Assembly (NCBI GenBank): GCA_965203905.1
Contig: CBDBDQ010000005.1
Coordinates: 7,328,001-7,392,000, forward strand
DNA length: 64,000 nucleotides
Reading direction: 5' to 3'
Source of the DNA: Spirochaetia bacterium
GTDB taxonomy: Bacteria; Spirochaetota; Spirochaetia; SZUA-6; Bin103
The notes beneath the pieces are model-generated. The model did no database searches, was not told the DNA's origin, and saw nothing but the letters and a program-made list of their open reading frames with translations. This document shows positions 35,700 through 46,363 of the stretch, piece after piece (positions within the stretch are counted from its first letter, which is position 1; every line of letters begins with the position of its first letter). The position numbers were made by a program, and so were the translations under genes.

Positions 35700-35850
35700 A
35701 CGCGATTTCGTAAGTTTGCACGCGACTTCGTAAAATGGTCACGATATACTTTCACAGTGCAATTGTGTTGGACTTTCAGCACTCGCGAATGGAAGAAAAA
35801 TTCGCGAAGTTCACCAAATAGTTCGCCATTTCGTCATTTCGTCATTTCGC
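35700..35850. promoter_or_regulatory. AT-richer control region with direct and tandem repeats upstream of the RTX/T1SS operon
   Basis: ACGCGA(T/C)TTCGTAA x2 with 20-bp period (35700-35733); TTCGCGAA palindrome at 35801; 8-bp tandem CATTTCG(T/C) x3. Confidence 0.45.
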
Positions 35851-36005
35851 AAGTTGACCGGAATCGATCGACGGTGCGATGAGCGGACGCCGGGGTCAAA
35901 TCCGGCTGCTGCTGGAGCCGGCGCGGCTCCGGTGCCTGGGTCAACCTCCGGTGGTTGCGCCCGCGCCACGATCCGGCCACAATACCGGCCGTCCGATCCA
36001 TAACT

Positions 36006-37451
36006 ATGAGCACTCAGACGCAGGCAGATATCGGCGTCGTCGGTATGGCAGTCATGGGCCAGAACCTGGCCCTCAACATCGAGAGCCGCGGCTACACCGT
36101 GGCGGTCTACAATCGCACCCAGAGCACGCTGCAGGAGTTCGTGCAGCGCGCCGCCGGCAGGCGCCTGGTGCCGGCCACGTCGCTGGCGGCGCTGGCCGCT
36201 TCACTCGCGCGGCCGCGCAGGGTGCTGCTGATGGTGCAGGCCGGCGCCGCCGTCGACCGCGTGATCGCCGACCTGCAGCCCCACCTGGAGCCCGGTGACA
36301 TCCTGATCGACGGCGGCAACTCCTACTTCGTCGACACCGTCAGGCGCGCGCGGCAGGCAACCGAGTCGGGGCTGCGTTACATCGGCACCGGCGTCTCCGG
36401 CGGCGAGGAGGGCGCCCTGCACGGGCCCAGCATCATGCCCGGCGGCGACCGCGACGCCTACGAGGAGCTGGCGCCGATCCTCGGCGCCATCGCCGCCCGG
36501 GTCGACGACGAGCCCTGCTGCACCTACATCGGCGCCGACGGCGCCGGACATTACGTGAAGATGGTGCACAACGGGATCGAGTACGGCGACATGCAGCTCA
36601 TCGGCGAGGCCTACGCGTTCATGAAGCTGGCCCTGGGCATGAGCCACGCCGAGATGCAGGCCACCTTCGCCGAGTGGAACCGCGGCGAGCTGGACTCCTA
36701 CCTGATCGAGATCACCGCCGACATCCTCGCCAAGACCGACCCGGAGACCGGCAGGCCGCTGGTGGAGGTGATCCTGGACCAGGCCGGGCAGAAGGGCACC
36801 GGCAAGTGGACCAGCCAGTCGGCGCTGGACCTGGGGGTGCCGGCACCCACCATCGCGGAAGCGGTGTTCGCGCGCTTCGTGTCCGCCCTGAAGCAGGAGC
36901 GGGTTGCCGCCGCCGAACGTCTGCAAGGCCCCGCCCGCTCGTTCTCCGGTGACCCCGACAAATTCCTGGAGGCGCTACGCAAGGCGCTGTACGCCTCCAA
37001 GATCTGCTCCTACGCCCAGGGGTTCGGCCTGATGCGGGCAGCCGCGCAGGAACATGGGTGGGACCTGGACTACGGTGCCATCGCCATGATCTGGCGCGGC
37101 GGCTGCATCATCCGCGCCAAGTTCCTCGGCAAGATCAAGGAGGCCTACGACCGCGACCCGGCCCTGGCCAACCTGCTGCTGGATCCCTACTTCACCGACA
37201 TCGTGCATGACGGCCAGCGCGAGTGGCGCGAGGTCGTGGCCACTGCCGCCACCATCGGTATACCGGTGCCCGCGTTCTCGTCCGCGCTGAGCTACTACGA
37301 CAGCTACCGCTCGGCCACGCTGTCGGCCAACATGATTCAGGCGCAGCGCGACTACTTCGGCGCCCACACCTACGGGCGGGTGGACCGCCCGGGCGTGTTC
37401 CACACCGAATGGCTGGCCGGCGCGCAGCCGCCGGCACGACAACTAAGATGA
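36006..37451 (+). CDS. gnd: 6-phosphogluconate dehydrogenase, decarboxylating
   Basis: '[12 protein letters not shown]', 'VSGGEEGA', '[13 protein letters not shown]', 'QKGTGKWT', '[10 protein letters not shown]'. Confidence 0.97.
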   Translation: MSTQTQADIGVVGMAVMGQNLALNIESRGYTVAVYNRTQSTLQEFVQRAAGRRLVPATSLAALAASLARPRRVLLMVQAGAAVDRVIADLQPHLEPGDILIDGGNSYFVDTVRRARQATESGLRYIGTGVSGGEEGALHGPSIMPGGDRDAYEELAPILGAIAARVDDEPCCTYIGADGAGHYVKMVHNGIEYGDMQLIGEAYAFMKLALGMSHAEMQATFAEWNRGELDSYLIEITADILAKTDPETGRPLVEVILDQAGQKGTGKWTSQSALDLGVPAPTIAEAVFARFVSALKQERVAAAERLQGPARSFSGDPDKFLEALRKALYASKICSYAQGFGLMRAAAQEHGWDLDYGAIAMIWRGGCIIRAKFLGKIKEAYDRDPALANLLLDPYFTDIVHDGQREWREVVATAATIGIPVPAFSSALSYYDSYRSATLSANMIQAQRDYFGAHTYGRVDRPGVFHTEWLAGAQPPARQLR

Positions 37452-38284
37452 GCGAGATGACAGACAAGAGCTACGTGGAACGCACCTTCGGGCTGCACGA
37501 CCAGGTGGTGGCACTGGCCGGCGGGGGCGGCACCATCGCCCTGGCCCTGGCCGAGGCGTTTCTCGAAGCCGGTGCCCGGGTAGCGATCTGGAGTCGCCGG
37601 CAGGAGACGGTGGACGCCGCCCTGGAGCAGCTCGGCAGCGACGCCGAGCGCCGCGGACGGCTGTGCGGCGTGCAGGCCGACGCCGGTCAAGAGGCCGCCG
37701 TGGACGCGGCCCTGGAGGCGACCGTCGCGGCGCTCGGCGCGCCCACGGTGCTGCTCAACGGGGTTGGCGGCAACCGCGGGAAGGGTGCGTTCAACGACAT
37801 CGACGTGCCCCTGTTCGAGGAGGTGCTGCGGCTCAACCTGGTGGCCGGCCTGGTGGTGCCGACCAAGCGCACCGCGGCGTTCTGGATCGCGCGCGGCAGC
37901 GGCGGCTGCATCATCAACGTCGCCTCGATGGCATCCTACGTCCCGCTCTCGGGGGTGTGGGCCTACAATGCCGCCAAGGCGGGCGTCGTCAACCTCACCA
38001 TGGCCTGCGCCAAGGAGTACGCCGCACACGGGATCCGCGTCAACGCGATCGCCCCGGGGTTCATCGTCGCCAACCAGAACCGGCGCCTGCTGATCAAGGA
38101 CGACGCCACCGGCGAGCTGACCGAGCGCGGCCGGCAGATCATCGACCACACCCCGTTCGGACGCTTCGCGGATGCCGGGGAGATGACCGGTGCCGCCCTG
38201 TTCCTGGCCAGCGCGGCGGCGGCCGGCTTCATCACCGGCGTCACCATTCCCATCGACGGTGGCTACCTGATCGACAACGTATGA
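37448..38284 (+). CDS. SDR oxidoreductase (D-mannonate oxidoreductase/gluconate 5-dehydrogenase-like)
   Basis: 'GGGGTI', 'LNGVGGN', YxxxK 'YNAAKA', 'IAPGF....QNR.LL', '[10 protein letters not shown]'. Confidence 0.85.
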   Translation: MSEMTDKSYVERTFGLHDQVVALAGGGGTIALALAEAFLEAGARVAIWSRRQETVDAALEQLGSDAERRGRLCGVQADAGQEAAVDAALEATVAALGAPTVLLNGVGGNRGKGAFNDIDVPLFEEVLRLNLVAGLVVPTKRTAAFWIARGSGGCIINVASMASYVPLSGVWAYNAAKAGVVNLTMACAKEYAAHGIRVNAIAPGFIVANQNRRLLIKDDATGELTERGRQIIDHTPFGRFADAGEMTGAALFLASAAAAGFITGVTIPIDGGYLIDNV

Positions 38285-38303
38285 GCTACCCTGTGAGCGC
38301 AAC

Positions 38304-39218
38304 ATGAGTGACGGCAGCCACGGCAACGAGCTGCGTGACCTGCAGCCCGAGCATTCCTTTTTCGTCGGCATAGACTCCGACGGCTGTGCTTTTCCCAGCA
38401 TGGAGCTGAAGCACAAGGAGTGCTTCATCCCCGAAATCGTGCGCCATTTCGCGCTGCAGCCGATCTCGAAGTACGTGCGCGAGGCGGCCGAATTCGTCAA
38501 CCTGTACTCGCAGTGGCGCGGCGCGAACCGGTTCCAGGCGCTGCTCAAGGTGATGGACCTGTTGCTGGAGCGCCCCGAGGTACAGCGCACGACGACCGCG
38601 GTGCCGCGCCTGTCGCGGCTGCGGGAGTGGGCGCGGAGCGCCCCCAGCCTGGCCAACCCGGAGTTGATGGTAGCGGTGCGCGAGAGCAACGACGCGGAGC
38701 TGCGCCAGGTGCTCGACTGGTCCAACGCCGTGAACGCCGCCATCGCACGCATGGTGCAGGGAGTCCCGCCGTTTCCCGGCGTGGAGCAGATCCTGCGGCG
38801 CCTGCAGGGACAGGCGGACGTGGTGGTGGTCTCGGCGACCCCCGGCGACGCGCTGCAACGCGAGTGGGAGGAACACCGGCTCGACCGTTACGTGCGGGCC
38901 ATCGCCGGCCAGGAGATGGGCAGCAAGAGCGAGCACCTGAAGCAGGCGGCCGGCGGCAAGTACGCGCCCGGCCATATTCTGATGGTGGGCGACGCGCCCG
39001 GAGACTGGCGCGCGGCGCAGACCGTGGAGGCCCGGTTCTTCCCCATCGTGCCGGGGTTGGAAGAGGAGTGCTGGCAGCGGCTGCAGGACGAGGCACTGGC
39101 CCGGTTCTTCGCCGGCACCTATGCCGGCACCTACGAGACGGCCCAGGTGCAGGAGTTCCAGCGCCTGTTGCCGGAGCAGCCGCCGTGGACGGAGAGCGCC
39201 GCCGGAGCGGCGGGCTGA
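38304..39218 (+). CDS. HAD-family hydrolase
   Basis: Motif I 'IDSDGC', 'VVSAT', 'MVGDAPGD'. Confidence 0.88.
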   Translation: MSDGSHGNELRDLQPEHSFFVGIDSDGCAFPSMELKHKECFIPEIVRHFALQPISKYVREAAEFVNLYSQWRGANRFQALLKVMDLLLERPEVQRTTTAVPRLSRLREWARSAPSLANPELMVAVRESNDAELRQVLDWSNAVNAAIARMVQGVPPFPGVEQILRRLQGQADVVVVSATPGDALQREWEEHRLDRYVRAIAGQEMGSKSEHLKQAAGGKYAPGHILMVGDAPGDWRAAQTVEARFFPIVPGLEEECWQRLQDEALARFFAGTYAGTYETAQVQEFQRLLPEQPPWTESAAGAAG

Positions 39219-39234
39219 GCGAGGAGGCAGGCAG

Positions 39235-40500
39235 GTGGCACAGGTAGAGGTAACGACCCCGCGGAACACCGCAACGCAGTGGGACCTTGCTGCGGTGTGT
39301 GCGCAGATCGAGGCCGGCACGCCCGCCCACCTGGTGGAGAACCGGCGGGTGCTGGCGGTGACCCCCGACACCACGCGCACCGCGCCGATGCCGTTGCTGG
39401 TACGCGCGGTCCAGGAGGTGATCGGATCACGCGCCGCACGGCTCGACTACATGGTGGCGCTGGGCACGCACCCCGTGATGAGCGAGCAGGGCATTCTCGA
39501 CCTCTTCGGCGTCTCCGCCGCCGCCAGGGAGCGCGACTTCGCCGGTTCCCGGTTCATGAACCACCGTTGGGACCTGGACGATACGCTGGTCCGGATCGGC
39601 CGCTTCGAGGAACGCGAGATCTCCGAGCTCACCGGCGGCCTGTTCGCGGAGGCGATCGACGTCACCATCAACCGCGCCATTTTCGAGTACGACCTGATCC
39701 TGATCGTCGGACCGGTGTTTCCGCACGAGATCGTCGGCTTCTCGGGCGGCCACAAGTACCTGTTCCCCGGTATCTCGGGCGGCGAGTTCCTGGACTTCTT
39801 CCACTGGCTGTCGGCGGTGATTACCTGCCGCAAGACCATCGGCCAACGCGACACGCCCGCCCGCGCGGTGGTGGAGCGGGCCGCCGAGATGGTGGACGTG
39901 CCGCGCCACCTGATCGCCATGGTGGTGACCTCCGGCAGCGGGCTGGAGGGCCTCTACGTCGGCGCCCCCGAGTCCGCCTGGCCGCAGGCGGTGGCGCACT
40001 CGGCGCGGGTGCACGTGGTACGCAAGCCGCGCGCATTCCACACCGTGTTCGGCCACGCGCCGGCCATGTACGACGAGATGTGGGTCGGCGGCAAGGTCAT
40101 GTACAAGCTGGAGCCGGTAGTGGCCGACGGCGGCACCCTGATCGTCTACGGTCCCCACATCCACGAGATCTCGCGCACCTGGGGCAGCTACCTGGAACAG
40201 GTGGGGTACCACGTGGCCGACTACTTCCAGACCCGCATGCAGCAGTTCCGGAACGTACCGCGCGGGGTGCTGGCCCACTCCGCCCTGGTAAAGGGCGAGG
40301 GCAGCTACCGGGACGGTGTCGAGCAGCCGCGCATCGACGTAGCCCTCGCCACCGGGCTGAGCGCGGAAGTGTGCGCACGCATCAACCTCGGCTACCTCGA
40401 TCCCGCCACGCTCGACCCGAACGACTACCGCAACCGCGAACAGGAGGGGATCCTCTACGTGGACCATGCCGGCGAGACGTTGCACCTGGTCGGCGACTGA
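39235..40500 (+). CDS. LarA (lactate racemase) superfamily nickel-pincer racemase/epimerase
   Basis: 'PDTTR', 'ALGTH', 'PHEIVGFSGGHK..FPG', 'FFHW'. Confidence 0.88.
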   Translation: MAQVEVTTPRNTATQWDLAAVCAQIEAGTPAHLVENRRVLAVTPDTTRTAPMPLLVRAVQEVIGSRAARLDYMVALGTHPVMSEQGILDLFGVSAAARERDFAGSRFMNHRWDLDDTLVRIGRFEEREISELTGGLFAEAIDVTINRAIFEYDLILIVGPVFPHEIVGFSGGHKYLFPGISGGEFLDFFHWLSAVITCRKTIGQRDTPARAVVERAAEMVDVPRHLIAMVVTSGSGLEGLYVGAPESAWPQAVAHSARVHVVRKPRAFHTVFGHAPAMYDEMWVGGKVMYKLEPVVADGGTLIVYGPHIHEISRTWGSYLEQVGYHVADYFQTRMQQFRNVPRGVLAHSALVKGEGSYRDGVEQPRIDVALATGLSAEVCARINLGYLDPATLDPNDYRNREQEGILYVDHAGETLHLVGD

Positions 40501-41320
40501 GAGCCGCGCCGGCAGCCGCGCCGGCCGCTGCCTCCTGTTCCTCGACTTCGACGGCGTGGTCTGCGACTCGGAGCGGGAGTGCTTCGTCAGCAGCTGGCTC
40601 ACCTACCGCGAGTTGTGCGCGCCGGACAGCGGCCCCGAGCGGATCTCGCTGCAGTCGCGGCGCCGGTTCCGCGAGCTGCGCCCGCTGATTCGCTCGGGCG
40701 AGGACTACGTGGTGATTCAGCACATCCTGGCACGCGAGGCGGCGCAGCCCGAATACCGCGGCCCGGCGTCCCAGGATGCCTTCGACGCCTGCCGCCGCGC
40801 CCTCGGGGCACAACGCATCGCCACCTACAAGCGAGCCATGGCGGCGACCCGCGACCGTTTTCTGCAGCAGGACAAGGCGGGCTGGCTGGCGCTCAACCGC
40901 ATCTATCCTCACATGCGAGCCCTGCTGACCGGGTCCGACCTGGACAGCGTGCGCATCCTCTCCACCAAGGCGGCGCCGCTGGTGTGCGAGATCCTGCGGG
41001 CGCATGCGATCCCGCTCCCGGATGACGCCGTGTTCCATGCCGCCAGCAACCCGGACGGCACCGACACCCGCAAGCTGGACTTGATCGCCGCCCAGCTCGA
41101 TGCGGTTCCCGGCGCGCACGCCCTGTTCGTCGAGGACCAGCTCGATCACCTGCTCGACAACGAGGATGCGCGCATCGCCACCTTTCTCGCCGACTGGGGA
41201 TACGTCCTGCCGCACTGGCTGGGGCAGGCCGACCACCTCCTGCGCCACGGAGTGCAGGTGATCGACAGCGCCCGGATGGCTGCCCTGTTCCAACGCGCAA
41301 CGCGCCGCGCGAGCGGTTGA
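40466..41320 (+). CDS. HAD-like hypothetical protein
   Basis: 'LDFDGVVCDS', 'LSTK', 'FVEDQ', 'ADWGY'; start uncertain. Confidence 0.75.
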   Translation: MPARRCTWSATESRAGSRAGRCLLFLDFDGVVCDSERECFVSSWLTYRELCAPDSGPERISLQSRRRFRELRPLIRSGEDYVVIQHILAREAAQPEYRGPASQDAFDACRRALGAQRIATYKRAMAATRDRFLQQDKAGWLALNRIYPHMRALLTGSDLDSVRILSTKAAPLVCEILRAHAIPLPDDAVFHAASNPDGTDTRKLDLIAAQLDAVPGAHALFVEDQLDHLLDNEDARIATFLADWGYVLPHWLGQADHLLRHGVQVIDSARMAALFQRATRRASG

Positions 41321-42144
41321 TGTCGGCGCCCGGAAATCGGCCGCCTCCCGGCGGCACGGCAGCGGCGCTGACCTATCTCGTCATCATGTTCCTGTTCGAT
41401 GAGCTGCGCCTCGCCCTGGTAATGCGCTGGGGTCCGCATCGGCGGCAGCGAGTGGAGCGCTTCATGGCGATTCAGGGCCGGCGCATGCTGGCCACGGTGA
41501 ATCGCCTGTGCGGCCTGCGCTACTCCTTCGACACCGGTGGTGCAGGGTCCCTGCCGCGCCGCTTCATTCTGGTTACCAACCATCAGAGCCTGGCGGACAT
41601 CCTGATGCTGATAGCGGCGTTTCCGCGCCATCCGCTGAAATTCGTCGCCAAGCGTGAGCTGCAGCGCGGCATTCCCACCCTCTCGAAGTGCCTGCGCTAC
41701 GGCTGCCACGCCATCATCGACCGCACCGGAGCGCTGCATCGCACCCGCCGTGCCCTGGTCAGGCTCACCCGGCTCGATCGGCGGCCGCTGCCGCCGGACT
41801 CCCCGTTTCCGCCCTGCAGCCTGGCGTTGTTTCCGGAGGGAACGCGGTCCCGCGACGGCCGCGTCGGAGCGTTTCACCGCGCCGGGATGCGGATCCTCGC
41901 GGAGCAAACCGGGCTGCCGGTAGTGGTGGCCGCGCTGGACGGCGGCACCGGCATCTCCCGTCTCCACACCCTGCGCAACCTCAGCGGCGTCCACTATCGG
42001 GTGAAGGTGCTGGAGATCCTTGCGCCGGCCCTGGACCGGCGCGCGGTGACGGAGGTGCTGGGCAGGGCGCGGCAGGCCATTGCCAGCCAGGTAGCGTCCT
42101 GGCGGGGCGACGCTGCCGGCGAGCCGGCCGTGGCACCGAGGTAG
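41320..42144 (+). CDS. Lysophospholipid acyltransferase (PlsC family)
   Basis: 'NHQSLAD', 'FVAKREL', 'FPEGTRS'. Confidence 0.9.
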   Translation: MSAPGNRPPPGGTAAALTYLVIMFLFDELRLALVMRWGPHRRQRVERFMAIQGRRMLATVNRLCGLRYSFDTGGAGSLPRRFILVTNHQSLADILMLIAAFPRHPLKFVAKRELQRGIPTLSKCLRYGCHAIIDRTGALHRTRRALVRLTRLDRRPLPPDSPFPPCSLALFPEGTRSRDGRVGAFHRAGMRILAEQTGLPVVVAALDGGTGISRLHTLRNLSGVHYRVKVLEILAPALDRRAVTEVLGRARQAIASQVASWRGDAAGEPAVAPR

Positions 42145-42190
42145 TCGACCTGGCAGGTAGCCGGCGGCTCGGCCTACCTGCAACGGCCGG

Positions 42191-43225
42191 TCAGCGTACC
42201 GCGGCGCCGCCGCGCGAACTGGCCACGATGGACAGGAACTGCCGCGGGTTCACCACCTGCTCCGCGATCCGCACCTCGTAGTGCAGGTGAGGCCCGGTCG
42301 ACAGTCCGGTACTCCCCAGGTAGCCCAGCACCGCACCCCGTTCCACCTGCTGCCCCGGCTGCACCAGGGGTCTCTGATTCAGGTGTCCGTACACCGTGAC
42401 GAAGCCGTACTTGTGCTTGATGACCACGAAGTGGCCGAGGTTGTAGGGCTCGTACGCGACGCGCTGCACCTTGCCATTGGCGGTGGCCACCACCTCGGTG
42501 CCGCGCAGCCAGGCGATGTCGATGCCCTTGTGGATGGCCCAGCGCCGGGTGTAGGGGTGGATTCGGGGTCCGAAGTCGGAGGTGATGTACCCCTTGCCGG
42601 CCTGAATCGGCCACAGGCTGGGGATATCCACCAGCAGCTCCTTCTGCGCCAGCAGTGCGTTCTCGATCTCTCGCAGGGGTCCGATGGCGCCTTCCAGATA
42701 GGCGCGCAGGCTGCGCAGCTCGGTCAGGCTGCGAACGTCGTTGGCGATTACCAGCGACTCGCTCACGAACGAGGCAAGGTCGCCGCCTACGCCGCCGGTC
42801 AGGTAGCCGCGCGCCGTGTCGGTGCCAACCACGTTGAGCACGCTCTCCAGCGACTGGCGGAACTCGGTAACCACCCGCTGCAGTTCTTTCACCTCGTCAC
42901 CGATGCTCTCGACGGCGGCCTCGCTGGCGGCCAGAGAACGGCTTTCGGCCAGAAACCGCTCGTGGGTGTGCGTGAAGTCGGTGGACAGGGCAACGAACAC
43001 CACCAGCACGGCGGCCAGCAGCAGCCCCGCAAACACCAGCCCGACCAGCGACAGGCGCAGGTTGAAGATCTTCCGCTCCGAGTGCGGAATGATCATCACG
43101 GTGAACTTCTGGTTGCCGAGCCGTACCAGTCCGCGCCAGACGTTCGAAACGAAACGGGCCGCGCTTCCGGCCCGACTTCGAGCCGCGTTCACCGCGCGTA
43201 CTTCGGCCGCCTTGTACCGCTGCAC
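42191..43225 (-). CDS. M23-family metallopeptidase with N-terminal TM and coiled coil
   Basis: 'HKGIDI', 'YGHL', 'STGLSTGPHLHYE'; start uncertain (43225-43333). Confidence 0.9.
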   Translation of the reverse strand: MQRYKAAEVRAVNAARSRAGSAARFVSNVWRGLVRLGNQKFTVMIIPHSERKIFNLRLSLVGLVFAGLLLAAVLVVFVALSTDFTHTHERFLAESRSLAASEAAVESIGDEVKELQRVVTEFRQSLESVLNVVGTDTARGYLTGGVGGDLASFVSESLVIANDVRSLTELRSLRAYLEGAIGPLREIENALLAQKELLVDIPSLWPIQAGKGYITSDFGPRIHPYTRRWAIHKGIDIAWLRGTEVVATANGKVQRVAYEPYNLGHFVVIKHKYGFVTVYGHLNQRPLVQPGQQVERGAVLGYLGSTGLSTGPHLHYEVRIAEQVVNPRQFLSIVASSRGGAAVR

Positions 43226-43392
43226 CGCGCCGGGGTGCGCCTCGGACGGGGATGTGGGGGAGTGCTGGCGGCGGATCACCGGATATCGTTGACGATGCTG
43301 CGACGGAGGGTTACGCTTGGCCCGGTTCGGCAACGGCAGGCCACCCCCGCGTGGCTACGCGGGGGCCCACTATCTTCTCCCGATTGAGCAAC

Positions 43393-44169
43393 ATGCGATT
43401 CTTCGATACCCATGCACATATCGGCCTGATCCACGACGACCCGGTCGAACAGCTTATCATCTGCGAGGAAGCGAAACAAGCCGGAGTATGCGGCATTTTG
43501 AGCATATCCAGCAACTTACGCGATTTCTCGATCATTCATGACAACCTGAGAAGCCTCTCGCACATCCACTACGGAGTCGGCATCGCCCCCTCCGAGGTGG
43601 GCACCCTCAACGGAGACTGGGAAGGGTTGGTGGAGGAACACGCCCAGCGCGAGCGGGTCGTGGCGATCGGCGAGATCGGGCTCGACTACTTCCGCAAGTA
43701 CGGCGATCGCGACTCCCAGGTGGAGTTGTTCGTGCGGCAACTGGAAGTGGCGGAACGGCTGCACCTCCCCGTGGTCATTCACAACCGGGATGCGGGTGGG
43801 GACACCCTGCAGATCCTGCGCGACAAGCTGCCGTCGCGCGGCGGCGTGCTGCACTGCTACTCCGAGGACAGCGACTATGCGCGCAAGGCTCTGGAGCTCA
43901 ACCTGTTCATCTCGTTCGCCGGCAATGTCACCTACCGCAACGCCCGCAACCTGCACGACACCCTGAAGCAGATTCCGGTCGAGCGCATGCTGATCGAGAC
44001 GGAGTCGCCGTTCATGGTCCCCTCCGCCCACCGCGGGAAGCGCAACCGGCCGGCCTACATCGCCGACACCGCGCACTTCATCGCGCAACAGCGCAGCATG
44101 GACGTGGAGGAACTGGCCGAGGTGCTGTACCAGAACAGTCTCACGTTCTTCGCCCTGGACGGCGCCTGA
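43393..44169 (+). CDS. tatD: TatD-family deoxyribonuclease
   Basis: 'DTHAH', 'GEIGLDY', 'HNRDA', 'HCYS', 'ETESP'. Confidence 0.93.
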   Translation: MRFFDTHAHIGLIHDDPVEQLIICEEAKQAGVCGILSISSNLRDFSIIHDNLRSLSHIHYGVGIAPSEVGTLNGDWEGLVEEHAQRERVVAIGEIGLDYFRKYGDRDSQVELFVRQLEVAERLHLPVVIHNRDAGGDTLQILRDKLPSRGGVLHCYSEDSDYARKALELNLFISFAGNVTYRNARNLHDTLKQIPVERMLIETESPFMVPSAHRGKRNRPAYIADTAHFIAQQRSMDVEELAEVLYQNSLTFFALDGA

Positions 44170-44180
44170 GCGTCGCCGCC

Positions 44181-45437
44181 GTGCGCGTCCTGGTAGTGGG
44201 CAGCGGCGCCCGCGAACACGCGCTGGCGTGGAAGCTCGCAGCCGCCGCCGGCGTGCAGTCGGTGTGGACCGCCCCCGGCAACGCCGGCACCGCCGAGGTG
44301 GGCCGCAACCTGCCGCAGGTGGCGGCTGAGGACGGCGCCGCCCTCAGCGCGGCGGCGCGGAGCCAGGCCATCGATCTGGCGGTGATCGGCCCCGACGACG
44401 CGCTGGCGGCGGGCGTCGCCGACCGCCTGCGCGCGGCCGGTGTGGCGGTAGTCGGGCCGTCCGCCGCCGAGGCGCGCCTGGAGAGCAGCAAGGCGTTCTG
44501 CAAGTCGTTCCTGATCCGCCATGGAATCCCGACGGCCCAGGCGACGGAACTGCACGACCGGGAGGAACTGCAACGCCACCTGCGCTCCCGCAGCGGTCCG
44601 GTGGTGCTCAAGATGGATGGACTGGCGCAGGGCAAGGGCGTGCTGGTCTCCGACGACGGCGCCGCCCTGCTGCGTTTCGGACACGCCGCGCTGGCCCGCG
44701 GCACGGTGCTGGCGGAGGAGTTTCTGAGCGGCTACGAGGTGTCGCTGTTCCTGCTGCTCGACGGCACCTGCGCCGTGGCCCTGCCACTGTGCTCCGATTT
44801 CAAGCGCGCGGGGACCGGAGACACCGGACCCAACACCGGCGGCATGGGGGCGATATGTCCCGTGCCGTGGGTGGACGCGGCGCTGGCGGCACGCATCGAC
44901 CGGGAGATCACCCAGCCCACGGTACGCGGCCTGCAACAGGACGGCCTGCGGTATCGGGGCGTCCTGTACATCGGCCTGATGATTACCAGCGCCGGTCCCA
45001 AGGTGCTGGAGTTCAACGTGCGTCTGGGAGACCCCGAGGCCCAGGTGCTGCTGCCGCTCCTGACCACCGACGCCGGCGAGCTGATGGCGGCGGTGGCCAC
45101 CGGCACCCTGTCGCAGGTCGAGGTGACCTGCAGCAACCGCAGCGCGGTGACCGTGGTGGTGGCGGCGCAAGGCTATCCGGGAAGCTACGAGAAGGGCTTG
45201 ACAGTGGCGTCCCTGCCGGCCGCCGACCGCCGCGGCGTCGTGTTCCATGCCACCACCTCCCGCGACGGCGGCACCCTGCGCACCGGCGGCGGGCGCAGCT
45301 TCGCCGTGACCGGCCTGGGCCAGGACCTGGCCACCGCACAGGCCAACGCCTACGAGCTGGTGCGGCAGGTTCGCTTCCCCGGCGCCTGGTGGCGCACCGA
45401 CATCGGCACCCGCTTCCTCACCCCGGCGCCCGCCTGA
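44181..45437 (+). CDS. purD: Phosphoribosylamine--glycine ligase
   Basis: 'GSGAREHAL', 'APGNAG', 'LESSKAF', 'GPNTGGMG', 'EFNVRLGDPE'. Confidence 0.96.
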   Translation: MRVLVVGSGAREHALAWKLAAAAGVQSVWTAPGNAGTAEVGRNLPQVAAEDGAALSAAARSQAIDLAVIGPDDALAAGVADRLRAAGVAVVGPSAAEARLESSKAFCKSFLIRHGIPTAQATELHDREELQRHLRSRSGPVVLKMDGLAQGKGVLVSDDGAALLRFGHAALARGTVLAEEFLSGYEVSLFLLLDGTCAVALPLCSDFKRAGTGDTGPNTGGMGAICPVPWVDAALAARIDREITQPTVRGLQQDGLRYRGVLYIGLMITSAGPKVLEFNVRLGDPEAQVLLPLLTTDAGELMAAVATGTLSQVEVTCSNRSAVTVVVAAQGYPGSYEKGLTVASLPAADRRGVVFHATTSRDGGTLRTGGGRSFAVTGLGQDLATAQANAYELVRQVRFPGAWWRTDIGTRFLTPAPA

Positions 45438-45444
45438 CGGCGCC

Positions 45445-46350
45445 TCAGCGGCGCGCGGCCGCCGCGGCAGCGCGCCGCTGGCGGCGCACTTCGTACATCA
45501 GGATACCCGCCGCGACCCCCACGTTCAGGGACTCCACCTGGCCGGCGGTGGGGATTCGCACCAGGTGATCGCAGCGGCTGCGCACCAGCGCATGCAGGCC
45601 ACCGCCTTCGGCGCCCACCACCAGGGCCACGCGCGGGGGAAACCGCACCTGGTCGAGCGGGTCTCCCTTCAGGTCGGCACCGTAGATCCAGCATCCGAAG
45701 GCCTTGAGCTGGGCCAGCGCGGCCGCGACGTTGGCCACGGTGACGGTGGCCACGTGGGCCGCAGCGCCGGCCGACATTCGCATTACCGTGTCGGTGACGC
45801 GCGCCGCGCGGCGCCGCGGAACCAGCACCAGGTCGGCCGCGAACTGGTCTGCGCTGCGGGTAATGCTGCCCAGGTTCGCGGGATCGGTGACGCCGTCGGC
45901 CACCACCGCCAGCACCTCCGGCCGCTGCGCCAGCGCCGCCAGGTGCTCGCGCAACCCCTCGCGGCCGGCTCCTGCGCCCGCCGCGGCGGTGCGCGCCGCC
46001 TCCGCACCATCCCCCGCGCCGCCGCGGCCTGGCCCGGAACCGCGGGCGGGGCCGTCCGCCGGCACGCGCGGAGCACCTCCCGCGGCCACCCGATCCGGTG
46101 CCCGCGGCGCACCGGCCGGTGCGGTGATCAGGGCCACCCCGCGGTGGGCGGGACTGCCGCACCGGGCGGACAGCTCCGCAACGGTAACCGAACGCACGGA
46201 GATGCCGAGCGCCTGCGCCTGTCCCCTCAGCCTGCGCAGGGCGGCGTTGTCGCGCGCCAGCAGCAGCGTCAGTCCCGCCTGCCCGCCCCGCCGTTCGGTG
46301 CGAAGCCGGCGCAGCAGCTCCGCCACCGGATGCACGCCGTACAGCAACAC
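45445..46350 (-). CDS. rlmB: TrmH/SpoU-family RNA methyltransferase (RlmB-like)
   Basis: 'YGVHPV', 'DPANLGSI.RSA', 'GAEGGGL', 'ESLNVGVA'. Confidence 0.85.
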   Translation of the reverse strand: MLLYGVHPVAELLRRLRTERRGGQAGLTLLLARDNAALRRLRGQAQALGISVRSVTVAELSARCGSPAHRGVALITAPAGAPRAPDRVAAGGAPRVPADGPARGSGPGRGGAGDGAEAARTAAAGAGAGREGLREHLAALAQRPEVLAVVADGVTDPANLGSITRSADQFAADLVLVPRRRAARVTDTVMRMSAGAAAHVATVTVANVAAALAQLKAFGCWIYGADLKGDPLDQVRFPPRVALVVGAEGGGLHALVRSRCDHLVRIPTAGQVESLNVGVAAGILMYEVRRQRRAAAAAARR

Positions 46351-46363
46351 CTGCAGCCGTCCG

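Noticed and set aside
40502-40525. 12-bp tandem duplication AGCCGCGCCGGC x2
   Set aside because: Short in-frame slippage in GC-rich DNA, with no evidence of function.
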